In this document: positions 1 to 32,502 of the stretch, one piece after another
Position numbering within the stretch: the stretch's first letter is position 1
Layout: each line of letters begins with the position of its first letter
From: Phoronis australis
Lineage: Eukaryota > Animalia > Phoronida
Reading direction: 5' to 3'
Length of the DNA: 64,000 nucleotides
NCBI GenBank assembly: GCA_002633005.1
Contig: NMRA01000136.1
Location: 234,538 to 298,537 of the forward strand
Translations under genes and position numbers: made by a program
Notes under the pieces: generated by a model
Databases searched by the model: none
The model's input: only the letters and a program-made list of their open reading frames with translations
What the model was told of the DNA's origin: nothing

Positions 1-1095
1 AGCCATGCGAGGGAGGTCCTCTAATTCCAGGAATGTGAGTATGTGCACGAGCACATTGTCAGGAAGACGTGGGAGGTAATCAATGTGACCCTCGACCAGC
101 TTGGTGATATATTCTAGAGTATGCGGACCAAAGACACGATGGATCTCACCTGAAAAATGGGTCGCAAATGACCAATCATGAATTTACGGTTTTAGTGGAG
201 ATTTCAACATAAGCCTGGAGGAATATACCTTTATTTGGACACGACTTGTGAAAATATCCTCAATTTAAAATATCTTGCAAGCAACCATAGAAATATCTGG
301 TAGCAAATTTTAAAACCCAACTGTACAATAATTGAAAGGGCCAGATTATTATGGCTAATCGTCCTCTGATTTACTGGGAACCTTTTTAACCATTTTATTC
401 TGCTTCGTACATAACAATCTTCTTCGTTACATTTCTGATTTCTGCACTCTTTCACAAAATCAGACAATTCTGAAGCAATCTCATCAATTTTTGGAAGTTA
501 TCTATACAGCTTTCTAATTTTGAACATGTATGCCTATAGTTTTCACTTATAATAAAGAGAAGGCCATTCAAAGAAAGTTCCTGAATATCAATTTTACTGT
601 ACTCTGTTAATAAAAAAATAAAAATAATAGTGTTAGCTAAAAACTTTGATCTAACATAAACAAACAATTTTTATATTTATTAACAGGAAATGTCCATGAA
701 TAACAACAGAACTGAATTGAGAGATGATTACATAACTCACTATGTAGCCTATCATCATGAAAAAAATCTTCGTACGTATTTTTAATCTCTTGAGGAGCTA
801 GGAGATTCTCACGACTTCTGGGTGTAACTTTCCAGTTGCGGAAAAAAACCTGTTGAAAGTTAGGCATCCGTTGTTTAGAATTCTAGAGTTCACACACATA
901 ACAACATTCAACAAAGCACAAGGCATCTTAAAGTGGCAACATGCAGGAACTGAAAGTCTTAAAGAGGAAATGAATTATCGTGAAATCTCACAAATTTCGG
1001 ACAAAAATTGCTGAAATACATCTCTCTTCATTTTTCAATGACTTCTATCATTGTGCTGTGAATGTCTTCAATCTGTCAGAATCATTTACTTGGTC

Positions 1096-1400
1096 TTACT
1101 TATAGCTTATGACAAGTGAAAAAATAAATTTCAGGTGTTGGACATATTCTGTCCTAAAGTGGTGAGATTTTACCATTAGTACTTCTAAGAAGCAAAGAAA
1201 AGTGAAACACACTTTACACAGCAAATGCCAGTGACTAGGCATCACATGATCGTTTTGTCGTGGATATGGCCCAAAACAGCGTAATTGGCTCTGATCTGTG
1301 ACCAATTCATTTTGAAAACTGTACGTCTCCCACCTGACAGGTGTTGTTATAATAATGTGATCCATCTCCTGCAGGTTGTAGACAAGCCGTTCACTGGTAC
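1096..1400 (-). mobile_element. Possible decayed LINE ORF2 C-terminal fragment
   Basis: Frameshifted QLRCFG/HIH resembles the LRWFGH motif of RTE/CR1-type LINEs. Weak. Confidence 0.22.
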
Positions 1401-3893
1401 TATGCTTTCAGAGTTAAAGGTTCACAACAAAGATAAATGTGCACGAGAAAGTTTGTGTAAAAATGTTCCAGCCGCTGAAAATGGTAAAGAGAAGTTGTAT
1501 TGAAGGATTGAGGGTTGCAGTTTGAACAAGGCAAGCTCACAGATAGGGGTACTGAGACATGGAGTTGACCTCTTCCCCTGCATTACATGTCAGGTTTAAT
1601 CCAAACTGTTAGTTCTGCAAGGGTGCATTCAGGATATATATAATAATAACACAAATGATTGCTCACGGACGATAAGATTCACCAATTTCAACCTGAACAC
1701 GATCAGGAGACTTAGATTGAGAAGCATCATATAACCTAGCAGAGCATAATACAGCGAAGGTGGTGAAAGTGAATTTGACAAGATTATGCCTAAAGCAAGC
1801 GTGATAATGTCCCAGTTTTGCATTAGAACCGCAAAGTATTGGAATATTCTAATATTTGGAGCAGAACTATATTATAATTCCAATACGGACAAAATTGCGA
1901 TGTTAGTTTTAGAAAAACAAAGATTAAGAAAGTGAACTTTCTTCCATGAGCTATGGTTAAACTACAGCTGCTGTGCAGAAACCAGTTGCTAGGCAACAGA
2001 AGCCACTCCAGGAATGACATACAAGAAAGCTAAGGAGAAAGTAAGGATCAGTTAGAAATATTATCACAGCCGACTCACTGTGAAGTCTGTCATCATCCAG
2101 GAAGTCGTCAAACGTATCGACCACTTCGGTTGGTGGAACTCTGCTCTCCGCTGCCCGCGGAGTAATCTTCCAACATCTGTAGATGGTCTAGATAGATTGA
2201 TAGTTTAAAGTTAGTTTAAAAGTGCTCTTGTGTTCAAGTTCTGCACATGATTTCCACTATGCTGCAACTGAAAATGAATAAGGCAATACCCAGGAAACTG
2301 TACAACAGGGAATACTTCAATTGTGATGATATTTCAAAGAAGCTATGAACATAGTTCAGTTTGAAAAGTTGCAATTTGTTCAGCAGCATAGGCAGTAGGA
2401 ACGTGGATACATGCCAAAACAAGTGCTATAATGGTGATGAAACCCTTTAGTTGACCACTATGTGGTTCTATGCTTAAACTGTTAGAGGACTCAGATCTAT
2501 AAAGGGGTCTCTTTATGTTTTCTCTTCCAGATTATGCGTAACAATTGAGCTTTGTAGTGACTTTGAAATGTCAGCCACTAATGTGGATTCAAACCCACTC
2601 TTAAGCACCCGGGGTACTCCACTACATAGTTTTGATGGACGGGCTCAGCTGCAAATTAAGTTACCAACCCATTAGCGAGTGAGCCCAAATAAAAGAGACT
2701 CAAAAGTAAGGAACTTCCAAGAAAAGTCAACTTTTGTAATAGAGTAGGGCTTAATTACATGAAAGCTTTCTTGGGGATTCCAAACCCCTGAATGTTTCAT
2801 GAAGTGGGTCTCAAACAGTGAAAGCTAGGATATGATGTCAAAAAAAATGAATTCACCCTTTGCAATATAGTTTTAACCCTTCTATAGATTTGTGGAAGAG
2901 TGAATCTTATTTCTGTAAAAAAATTTATCAAGAAAGGCGACACCCTTTTGTAAGGGATTTTCCAGAGAAGACATTTCATAGAGAAACTGGCAGTGAAAGT
3001 CTTCTGACTGTCACGTCTATACCTTGAGAATCCTAGTTACCAGTCAAGATGATCACATAATAACGCAATTTTGAACTGATAGACCTTCCCGAAAAGTCAG
3101 CACACCAATTCAGGACAGACAACCACTGGGTGATTGCACCTTGGCCAGTGATTTAGAGAGGCCAGTGATTTTGAGACCTAGCACCTATAGACTTTATAGC
3201 ATATAACACTCCTTCTCCTTCTACATAACAGGCCTGGCTTCAGGGCTTGATCTTAATAACTTGGAATAGAACTCGGTGTTTGACATGTGCCAGAGTTGGT
3301 TTATGCTATCGAGTATTTAATCCCAATTTTGCACTTGATGAGTTCTAGATTACAAACTCTAATAAAAATTAAAAATTTCAAGTAAAATCCTATAGCTGGG
3401 GTCATCACCTGCAAGCTAAGATTAGCCAAGCATCTGCGTAAGAGTACTCGAGCACAGAAATCAGCTTTTATCGCAGTCAGATTCTCCACATCCAGAATAC
3501 TGCCAGCCTTAAATATGGAAGTGGTACATCTTTTCCCCTTCCCAAAAATGTATCTCGAGTATCGTCAGCCTTAGTCAGTAAACCAACCCTTAAAAGACTG
3601 AGTATTGGCTACGTCCGCCTCTGCCGCGAGACTATCAAAGGCAGCTGTTGGCTAGAGCCTGTAGCTGTAGAGGGTTTTAATAGCCGATTTAGCTTAAGAC
3701 ATTCTCATTTCAGATGACTGTTGTCATAGCTGGTTGTAGCCTGAATACATATACATCTACACACATAGACCTTGTCCTTATTTATTGGCTAGTACGACTT
3801 CATCCGGCGTTGGTCGAGTTCACTTATTTGTTTTTGCAACGATTGCCTTGGGCAGTTCACAAAATTTGTGCTCGGAATTTTGGATGTCTGTGC

Positions 3894-4558
3894 CACAGGC
3901 GTCCTCAGCTTCTGATCGTCCCCAATACACTACATATAATACTACAAGGTATGACACTCCCGACTAGAAATTCCACGGGTGCTTCACTTCAGCCGTCCAT
4001 AGCAAACATAAAACTCAATAAATTTACACAAAACAGGGGTTCAACAAACCATGAAGAATTGTTCTTTCTCCCAATACCATTCACGGTGTCCTGTTACGGC
4101 GACTTCGTAAGAAATTCGCAGTCAAAGAACAAAAAATGTTCACAAAAAGCCCCCACACACGTCCTCCCTGGGCCCGTCGAGGTCAAGGAGGGTACTGAAA
4201 TTGCCGCTTTGTCGCGTAAAGTCACGATGTCGCTACTTCCGTAACTCACCGGCAATTTCCGTACCGTCCTTGACCTCGACGGGCCCAGGGAGGACGTGTG
4301 TGGGGGCCTTTTGTGAACATTTTTGTTCTTTGACTGCGAATTTCTTACGAAGTCGCCGTAACAGGACACCGTGAATGGTATTGGGAGAAAGAACAATTCT
4401 TCATGGTTTGAGTAAATTTATTGAGTTTTATGTTTGCTATGGACGGCTGAAGTGAAGCACCCGTGGAATTTCTAGTCGGGAGTGTCATACCTTGTAGTAT
4501 TATATAATAATATGTACTGTAGTGTATTGGGGACGATCAGAAGCTGAGGACGCCTGTG
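3894..4558. mobile_element. Foldback/MITE non-autonomous DNA transposon (P- or hAT-like), 665 bp
   Basis: ~310-bp inverted arms (3894-4206 / 4250-4558), 43-bp spacer, termini CACAGG...CCTGTG, perfect 8-bp TSD GTCTGTGC (3886-3893, 4559-4566). Confidence 0.9.
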
Positions 4559-5554
4559 GTCTGTGCAGCAAGCACTATCATGAGTTTAAATTATCACCAT
4601 AAAAAGGATACTTACATTCTTCTTTTTGCAATTAATTACAATCTGACAAAAATCTTTGCACGGTGAGGGTGCAACGTCGCTAAAATCTAGAATGATTCCA
4701 TTTTCCGGAATGAAGGACGCCATATTTTAAAAACAACTTGGTCTCCAACACAACCCCGCAAGTACGAGAAGTCTAAGGCATTTGAGTTTGTATGGTCACA
4801 GTGAGATTGGGTGGACATTTTTGATGCCCAATTAATTTAAGGGCCCGTAATAACAGAAAAACGCACTGTAATTTTACTGTTATTCTGTTATTCTGCAAAG
4901 AAATCTTTAATTGCGTAGTTTCTCAATCGACCACTAGGCGACTAGGACAAACAAAGGTACAGCGATATGGCTGACCTTGTTGATGAAGCACACCATTGTT
5001 TGTATTCATCCAGAGGTGTGTCCCCGGCAGCTCGCCTCTACTGGAGAAACACAAAGATACAAAGTACCATCTTATTTGTTCATTGGATAAGAGACCTGTT
5101 CAGTTTTCGTTGATCATTGCAATAGTGGATTTGGGAGGCCTGGGGGGACCCCCCTTGGCTACGGTCAGACTGTCAAAAAAAAGTAACAGGGAAATAAATT
5201 TTTACATTTTTTTTTGTAATATTGTGGCCTATCTTGGGCTGTACTTGTGTGGGTGTATGTGTGAGCACGCACCTGCTGGGAAGTATAGTATAGTATTTTT
5301 AAGGAAACTTCAATGATAATGTTGCTTTTAGCAAGACTAGTAAACGTGCTAAGACTATAGTATGCTCAAACTATCTATTTCCGCAAAACACCCAACAGCG
5401 GCAGGGGAAAGAAGTTACCAAAAACTTTACTTATCCAGGCAACTTCAACAATCAAAACCAAAGATGAATCGATTTCTGTCAAAATAATAGGATTGATATG
5501 CATTAAAACATCAAACATTTGTCAGAGGCAGAAAAGAAATGTTAAATAACCTCA

Positions 5555-6393
5555 GGGCTGTTCCAGCAAAATCTGTATGGGAGGGGGGGAAGGCACTTTT
5601 ATTTCGTACCCACTGCCCATATTTTTCATTTATTTCTCCAACCCATGACCCATGATTTTTTATTTATTTTTATATTTTAAAATATAAAATCCAACACTTG
5701 CAAATAAATTGTCTCCAGGAGGACCTGTTAAGAACTTAGATGATTGACAGACAAGAACTAGTTGTCTTGTCCAATATTGTCAAAAACTAAAGTAGCCTTT
5801 GAGCAATACTTTTGGCAGCCACCAGGTGTCTCTGTTCACCATGTGTCTATAATTTCAATGAACATTTTTTCAATTATAAGGATCTATAAATCTCAAACTG
5901 TCTCCACGAACTCTGTTATACTTCTACGTCAAGTGAATATTGGAACTTGTTTATCTTACTCCTCATACTTTTGATTTAAAAATCATCAACTTTCTTATAT
6001 GTGTTAACACCAGTTTAGTGTTGCATAACTTTTCAATTCAATAGGACTGCAGACAAACAGTTGGCTTAAATCAAGTTGCCCATGACTTGATTAATGGCTT
6101 AGTGAACATATTGCACTCAGTTCACTGGCAATATGGGCTTTTTTGTATTGGGATAAGTTAGGGTATATGCCAATTGCATTTTGTTGAGTTTTGATGGCTG
6201 AAGTAACCAACCTGTCAACATTGATAGGTCAGAAAATACCACCCATTTTTAATGCTTCACTTCTTATAAGAACGACCACCCATAATTTGAGTGTTTTTCT
6301 GAAGACAACCACCCATGAATTTTTATTTCTACNNNNNNNNNNNNNNNNNNNNNCTCCCCCCCCCCTCCCACACGGATTTTAATGGAACAGCCC
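5555..6393. mobile_element. PIF/Harbinger-type MITE
   Basis: TIR GGGCTGTTCCA..AAATC.GT.TGGGAGGGGGGG at both ends and 3-bp TSD TCA; contains the assembly gap 6333-6353. Confidence 0.75.
6333..6353. other. Assembly gap (21 N)
   Basis: Run of N bases. Confidence 0.99.
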
Positions 6394-6479
6394 TCAGTGA
6401 TTTGCTCCATTAGAACAAATAGTAGTTTCCTTTTGTTTTACCGAGCCACTGGCGTTCATAACGAAATAACTTGATAGTA

Positions 6480-6830
6480 CATGGTACTTATTCAGAGGTC
6501 TATCAATGGACAGTGGTGTGCCAATGGCTATGCCGATCTGAAACCACATTTCCTCCAAAAACTATTTCCCCAGATTGACAATTCAATTACTCATGAAGAG
6601 CTGGTACCGCCACACCTGCTATGGTTAACAGCCCAATAGACTTGGCTGTATGGGGAACTGTTGCTTTTCACCAAAGCATTATTGTGGATGTCGCGTGTCT
6701 CTCTTGACCAGCCATCACACCATTTGGGATATATCAATTTGTATTTCATGTTCCTTCTGCAAGATATCCCCAAGTCAAATTTTAGTTCAGTGGTAAAGTT
6801 GTTTTAGTATGTGCACTTGGTTAGTTAAAC
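6480..6830 (-). mobile_element. Decayed Penelope-like reverse transcriptase fragment
   Basis: Frameshifted minus-strand reading FGGNVV/FQIGIAIGT resembles the Penelope RT motif FGGxVFQQxxGIPMGT. Confidence 0.3.
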
Positions 6831-7009
6831 GGGTCAAATTTCATCATAATTGAATGAAATCTCTTGATACAGCTGGATCCAACTTGCTGGTTTCATTGTT
6901 ATACATGAGCATGCATACGAACATACATGTGCTTTTGATTATATTTACTCTAGTAGCAATGAGTGCCGAATGGCAACAAGAGAAAACTATGAAGTTCAAA
7001 AAGCAACTT

Positions 7010-7015
7010 TTTATT
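7010..7015 (-). terminator. Candidate OGT polyadenylation signal AATAAA
   Basis: TTTATT on + strand ~540 nt beyond the stop codon, followed in sense by T-rich sequence. Confidence 0.55.
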
Positions 7016-7554
7016 GAACTAGACACAAGAGTTTGCAGCAAGCAAACGATAACAAGCTTAATGCTGTGTCGTTCAAATAAATCATTTCAACAGGATAAAT
7101 ACACACATGGCATCATTCACACATATACCTGAAACTATGGAGACACATATCATTCCATTAATCCACTGACAATTATATTGAACACTACACTAAGCTCTCC
7201 ACATCTTGTTCAGAATAGAACAACCTCAAAACCATTTATACACTGATGTTTAACTTACCACCAAATAGACTTCATAACATTATATTCAAACACTAAGATG
7301 AGAACTGCCAAGCCGAGAAAACCCAAGAAAACGGACACAGTGCATTAAATGCCTTCGTTAGTCCAAACTAAACCCTAACGATGCCACTCATTAAATACCT
7401 TCTGAATACTGTTACCAAGTGCTTACGCCATCAGTTAGGTGTCGTTAAATATCATACACAGCTCTTTATGTCGCTGTTTACCCAATACTTGACCAGGCAA
7501 TCCGCTTAATATTCATTTTGTTAACACTATGTCCCACAACTATTAAACTACAGT

Positions 7555-27667
<20,113 letters not shown>

Positions 27668-27727
27668 TTTTGCCGTCAAAAACGGCCTTAATCTGTCACA
27701 AAAATCGACAAAGAGAAGCGTCAAGAA

Positions 27728-27736
27728 AAAATGGCG
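27728..27736 (+). promoter_or_regulatory. YY1-type motif AAAATGGCG near the OGT start
   Basis: Exact motif ~60 nt upstream of the OGT ATG; common near housekeeping-gene TSSs. Confidence 0.4.
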
Positions 27737-30641
27737 ATCCTCGTCTCTGCCAGGAGTGCCGTTTTACCTACAAATTTTCGACATCAGAAAGAAAGAGTTT
27801 GATAAGAACGACATTTAAAATGCCAGTTTAGTTAATACTTTTGGTAATATTGGATATACTCGCAATCTTTACATAAAATTTTTCAATTTTAGATATTTGT
27901 TTCTATTAAAAAGCTGTAAAATGCTTCGCGTATTAATACAACAAATACCTCATTATAATCATTATAATATATAATTAGGCCCTTTCTAGATTTATGTATA
28001 TTAAGTTTATTTTTTACCTCTTTGTTGGTTTATTTGAGTCAAAACGTCAGTATCTTTACTGTTTCATTATTAATATAGGAATGGAATGCTCGTTGTTGTA
28101 TACACTTTAAAAAAACATTGAAGCTTTTGCCCATATTGGCGGAAAATCTCAATGTAAAACTCATGTTTGGGGCACTGGTCATGTGGGATGTAACAAAACA
28201 CAACTGAGGCACAAGTTAACAAATTTAGAATTTAAAAATATAAATACAAAAATGACCCTTCAGAAGATTTTAATTTATATTTTATGATAAAATTAGACAA
28301 CGAGTGGTTAGTGATCATAATTATTTTTTTGATGAACTTGAAATTATTATTTCTTTATAACCCTTTAGACACACCTTCGTCACTTCAGGAAGTCGTATTC
28401 GGCAAGTTGTGGTAAGATTTTGGCAGCGTTGGCTTTTGTTTTTTGACATGTACGTTTGTGCAAAAGACCCGCAAAACTTTTCATACTTTTAACATGTCTT
28501 CATTCAACATTTCCGAAGTGTCTTTATTTGCATGGACATAGTCAAAATGTTTTGTGCAAACTTTCGTCCCTTGCGGGTGCCCAGCCACACAAAAGACTGT
28601 TTGACTAGATTGTATTGAATGAAAGTAGGTCATTTCATAGTACTACTATTGGCAATGATAGTTCTAAAAAATCCTGTCCCAATATATTTGGAAAAGGCAC
28701 TTGATAAATGACAATCAAAATTCAACATAGACACCTGTTGCGTTTTCTTTTGTTTTTGAGTAAATTAAGAAAGGCAAATGTTGTGTTATTACAGTATTAG
28801 AAAGTGTAGTAAAAGCAATATTTTATCTTAATAAATTTGAGAAAAGTTAGTTATAAAAACAATCCATGATGTGAAAACAATTTCTTTTATTTTTTTTTAA
28901 GTTGAACGTTACCTTTTAAATTACAAAAATTGACAAAGACATGGTTATTTTAAGTTTTTCATTACAAATTGTAATTTTGTGTAAAGGGTTTTTCATAGCC
29001 ATTTCATGCGCTCAATAAACGTGGCCAGTAAGTTGTATACTCAACAAGCATTGACTAAGAAGCTGTGCCGTGTGGGGTAACAAAGGTCACATTTCCTGTT
29101 ACCAGACATATTGCTACTGTGTAGTAAAGTTACAATTTGGGACACGCTATTGCAGACGTATGAAATTTCATTTTGTCAAGTTTCACAACAAAAGTAATTT
29201 TTCAGGAAAATTTACTTTGCTTTTAGCATGGTTTGTGTGGCTTAGGTATTACCAAACAATTAACATTTTTCAAACTAAAACAACGAATTCTGTGGTTCAA
29301 TAAAATTTGTTAAGTACTCGGCAATGGTAAAATTAAGCGCTGTTGACTTGAAACAGGACGTCCTATTTTCTCTTGGCTGCGCCAGCCATTAGCTGTCATT
29401 TTTTAAAACTGGTGGCCGCTAGATGAGTCCCTAAACCTAACCTTGTTATGGCATTTCCTCAGTGGATATGGTACTTTTTATTCAGTGCTCTGCTTTCTTG
29501 ACAGATAGATCATTTTAAGACAAAATTTGTTTTCATGTACTTACTTTCAAGGTGAGCTAAAAAATTATAGCACTTGCAGGGCTTGATGCTGAGTGTCCAT
29601 CAAATGCTGGATGGGATAAAATGCCATTTACATTTACACTGCCTATTGACAGTTGACAGCCAGTTTTTTTTTCCAGGAAAGAAAATGATAAAAAAACGGG
29701 CCTGTACAAAGTTTAGTAAAGAACCAATATTTGAAATAGTGTCCTCTTTGTCTGTAGCGATGCGTAACATGAACCTTTAAAAGGCTTTCTAAGAATAATT
29801 CTTTTGCTTTAACCTCTCTTCTTGGGTTTATACACAAAGTGATAGTTTTTGTCTCGTTTCTTTGAACAGTGTGGTACGTAGTGTATATTAACTATCTTTT
29901 TCATTATATTCAACTGTCTATAATCATTTGTTCCATGAACTGGAACATGTATACATGCCTAAAACTTTTGCACCAAAATTGCTGAGTGTGAATGAAGCTT
30001 CTAATGCATCAATTCTCTACGTATTTACTACTCTCACCTGATTTCGTGCATCCGAAATTATTTCAAAAAAATAAAGTTTTGTCCCAGACTTATTTCACAC
30101 TTGGCTACTTGGTGGGAATTTCTTGCCTCGCTGAAGTGTCCCTCAGTCAGTTTTGCGTTATGGAATATATCAAGGCAGAGCCCTGTCATTAATTCTCTGC
30201 ATTAATGAGGCCTGAACATTGTTCATTCATCACCTGATGGCCCCATTTGAATGGAGGTTATCTCATGCTGTTGTAAATATGAGGTAAAAAGCTAATACCT
30301 GGATGAGTGTGGTGTTACTCAATCACATGTCAAACGAACATTTCAACAATGAAGCAATAACACTCTTATGTTGGAATAGGGTAAAGTAGCTTAATTACTG
30401 TTAATTAGATCACGTTGGTAACCCGTAGGCCATATTTCATTAATTTCGCATGCGGGCAGTTAGCTATGCTTTGTTAGTTAATTTCACACACCCGTCAACT
30501 ACGAAATCCGCATATTCAGTTTTATTTATATTCAGTTTTATTTGACACTCCCTGAATATCGGGGAAAACATATTAAAATTATTTCGTGCGAAATAAGTGG
30601 AGATTTACTGTAACTGTCACAGGTCAGTAATGATTAGCATG

Positions 30642-30773
30642 AGTAGTTGCCACATGTCTGTCAAGATGAACACTTCAGTCAATCAGGGTGCAGGAACATG
30701 TGAACATCAGTAGTTCCCACATGTCTGTCAAGATGAACACTTCAGTCAATCAGGGTGCAGGAACATGTGAACA
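30642..30773. repeat. 67-bp tandem duplication (2 copies)
   Basis: AGTAGTT(G/C)CCACATGTCTGTCAAGATGAAC...GAACATGTGAACA twice; no N at the junction. Confidence 0.85.
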
Positions 30774-31042
30774 CAATCATATCCTAATCTTTGTCTTCTG
30801 GTTGTGAATGAAAGCAGGAAATGGTGTTTCATGTGTTGTTCGTTTGCAATACTTGCAGCGCAGATCAACGATGTTGGGAGATTAAACTAGGACATACTCC
30901 ATGACACTGGTGAAAACGTTTTATACTCACGATCAGCTGAGTATAGGTCTAGATAAACGAGCGCAAGGTGAAAGAAATTTACCATGATAACATTCATAAA
31001 TATTATTTTGTTTTTTTATTTAAAATTAATTGGCAAATAAAG

Positions 31043-31150
31043 GTATGGAACTTACGTGGGTGATGACAACTTAAGGAACTTTTAAGTGGGTGACAGCTTA
31101 TGGAAATTATGTGGGTGACAACTTATGGAAGTTATGTGGGTGACATCGCA
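31043..31150. repeat. Degenerate ~22-26-bp minisatellite (TATGGAAxTTATGTGGGTGACA)
   Basis: About 4 copies of the GTGGGTGA core. Confidence 0.7.
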
Positions 31151-31532
31151 AGTTACTTATGGAACTTCACCTTGTCGACAACCCAAGAAACTTTGTTATT
31201 CCAAACTTTAGACAATCAAAAGGAAAAACTTTCAAATGACGTGGAGGTATTTAGAATTTGTTCTTTGAAATAGATGATGAAAGCACCTATTCTTGTCACC
31301 GCTCATGAGAGTACTATATACAAAGAAGTGAATGTTTGAATAGACCTTGAGAGATCTGGTAAAGGAAGCTACTATGGGCTTTGAGACTTGGTATTTTAGA
31401 TACAGTGCTGTGTGCTTGGTTCCAAGGACCCTTTGTATAATTAATTTTATTTAATGTGCTAACAGTTTCAGTCACATGTTATAAAAATGCACTATATAGA
31501 AGGGTTGGTGTTGCAGTACATTTGCAAAGGAC

Positions 31533-32502
31533 TATCACTATATTGGGTTTGTAGTTGTGCTCTGTCGCAGCAAGTCGGTATGGCCAGATTCCCGTGGGCG
31601 AACCATCCATTTTGTTTTGATTGGCACTTGATAGACTATGGTGTAAGTGTAAAATTGCTGTCATGGTCGGTCATTCAGTGTCAGACAGACACACTTATTG
31701 AGGTGTTGTATTTCCATACAAGAACGGGGAGAACCCATTCACTCAGGGTCTCTTAGAGCGCCATCTTTTAAAACGTTTTTGGTCTGTCTCAAGTGCATTT
31801 TAGCTTCAGGTATTTTAATATTGCAAACTTTCCTCTTTTACATCTGGTTACAGATGCATTAGGATTCATTTACGGATATGCAAAGATGTGATCGAATGTT
31901 GAAAAGGCTTAAAAAATTTTTCGCACTCTTTGTAGAGTATGAATATTATTGTCAAAGAGGGTAATTTTGCCAGAAAAACTGAAACTAATGTGAGCAAATC
32001 AGGTCAGCTTTAAATTNTATCACTATATTGGGTTATTAGTTGTGCTCTGTCGCAACAAGTCGGTATGGCCAGATTCCCGTGGGCAAACCATCCATTTTGT
32101 TTTGATTGGCACTTGATAGACTATGGTGTAAGTGTAAAATTGCTGTCAATGGTCGGTCATTCAGTGTCAGACAGACACATTTATTGAGGTGTTGTATTTC
32201 CATACAAGAACGGGGAGAACCCATTCACTCAGGGTCTCTTAGAGCGCCATCTTTTAAAACGTTTTTGGTCTGTCTCAAGTGCATTTTAGCTTCAGGTATT
32301 TTAATATTGCAAACTTTCCTCTTTTACATCTGGTTACAGATGCATTAGGATTCATTTACGGATATGCAAAGATGTGATCGAATGTTGAAAAGGCTTAAAA
32401 AATTTTTCGCACTCTTTGTAGAGTATGAATATTATTGTCAAAGAGGGTAATTTTGCCAGAAAAACTGAAACTAATGTGAGCAAATCAGGTCAGCTTTAAA
32501 TT
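31533..32502. repeat. ~485-bp near-identical tandem duplication around a single N (32017)
   Basis: 31533-32016 vs 32018-32502. Confidence 0.9.

Noticed and set aside
3714-4396. 176-aa and 100-aa ORFs sharing a peptide on opposite strands
   Set aside because: A consequence of the palindromic foldback element; no recognisable protein.
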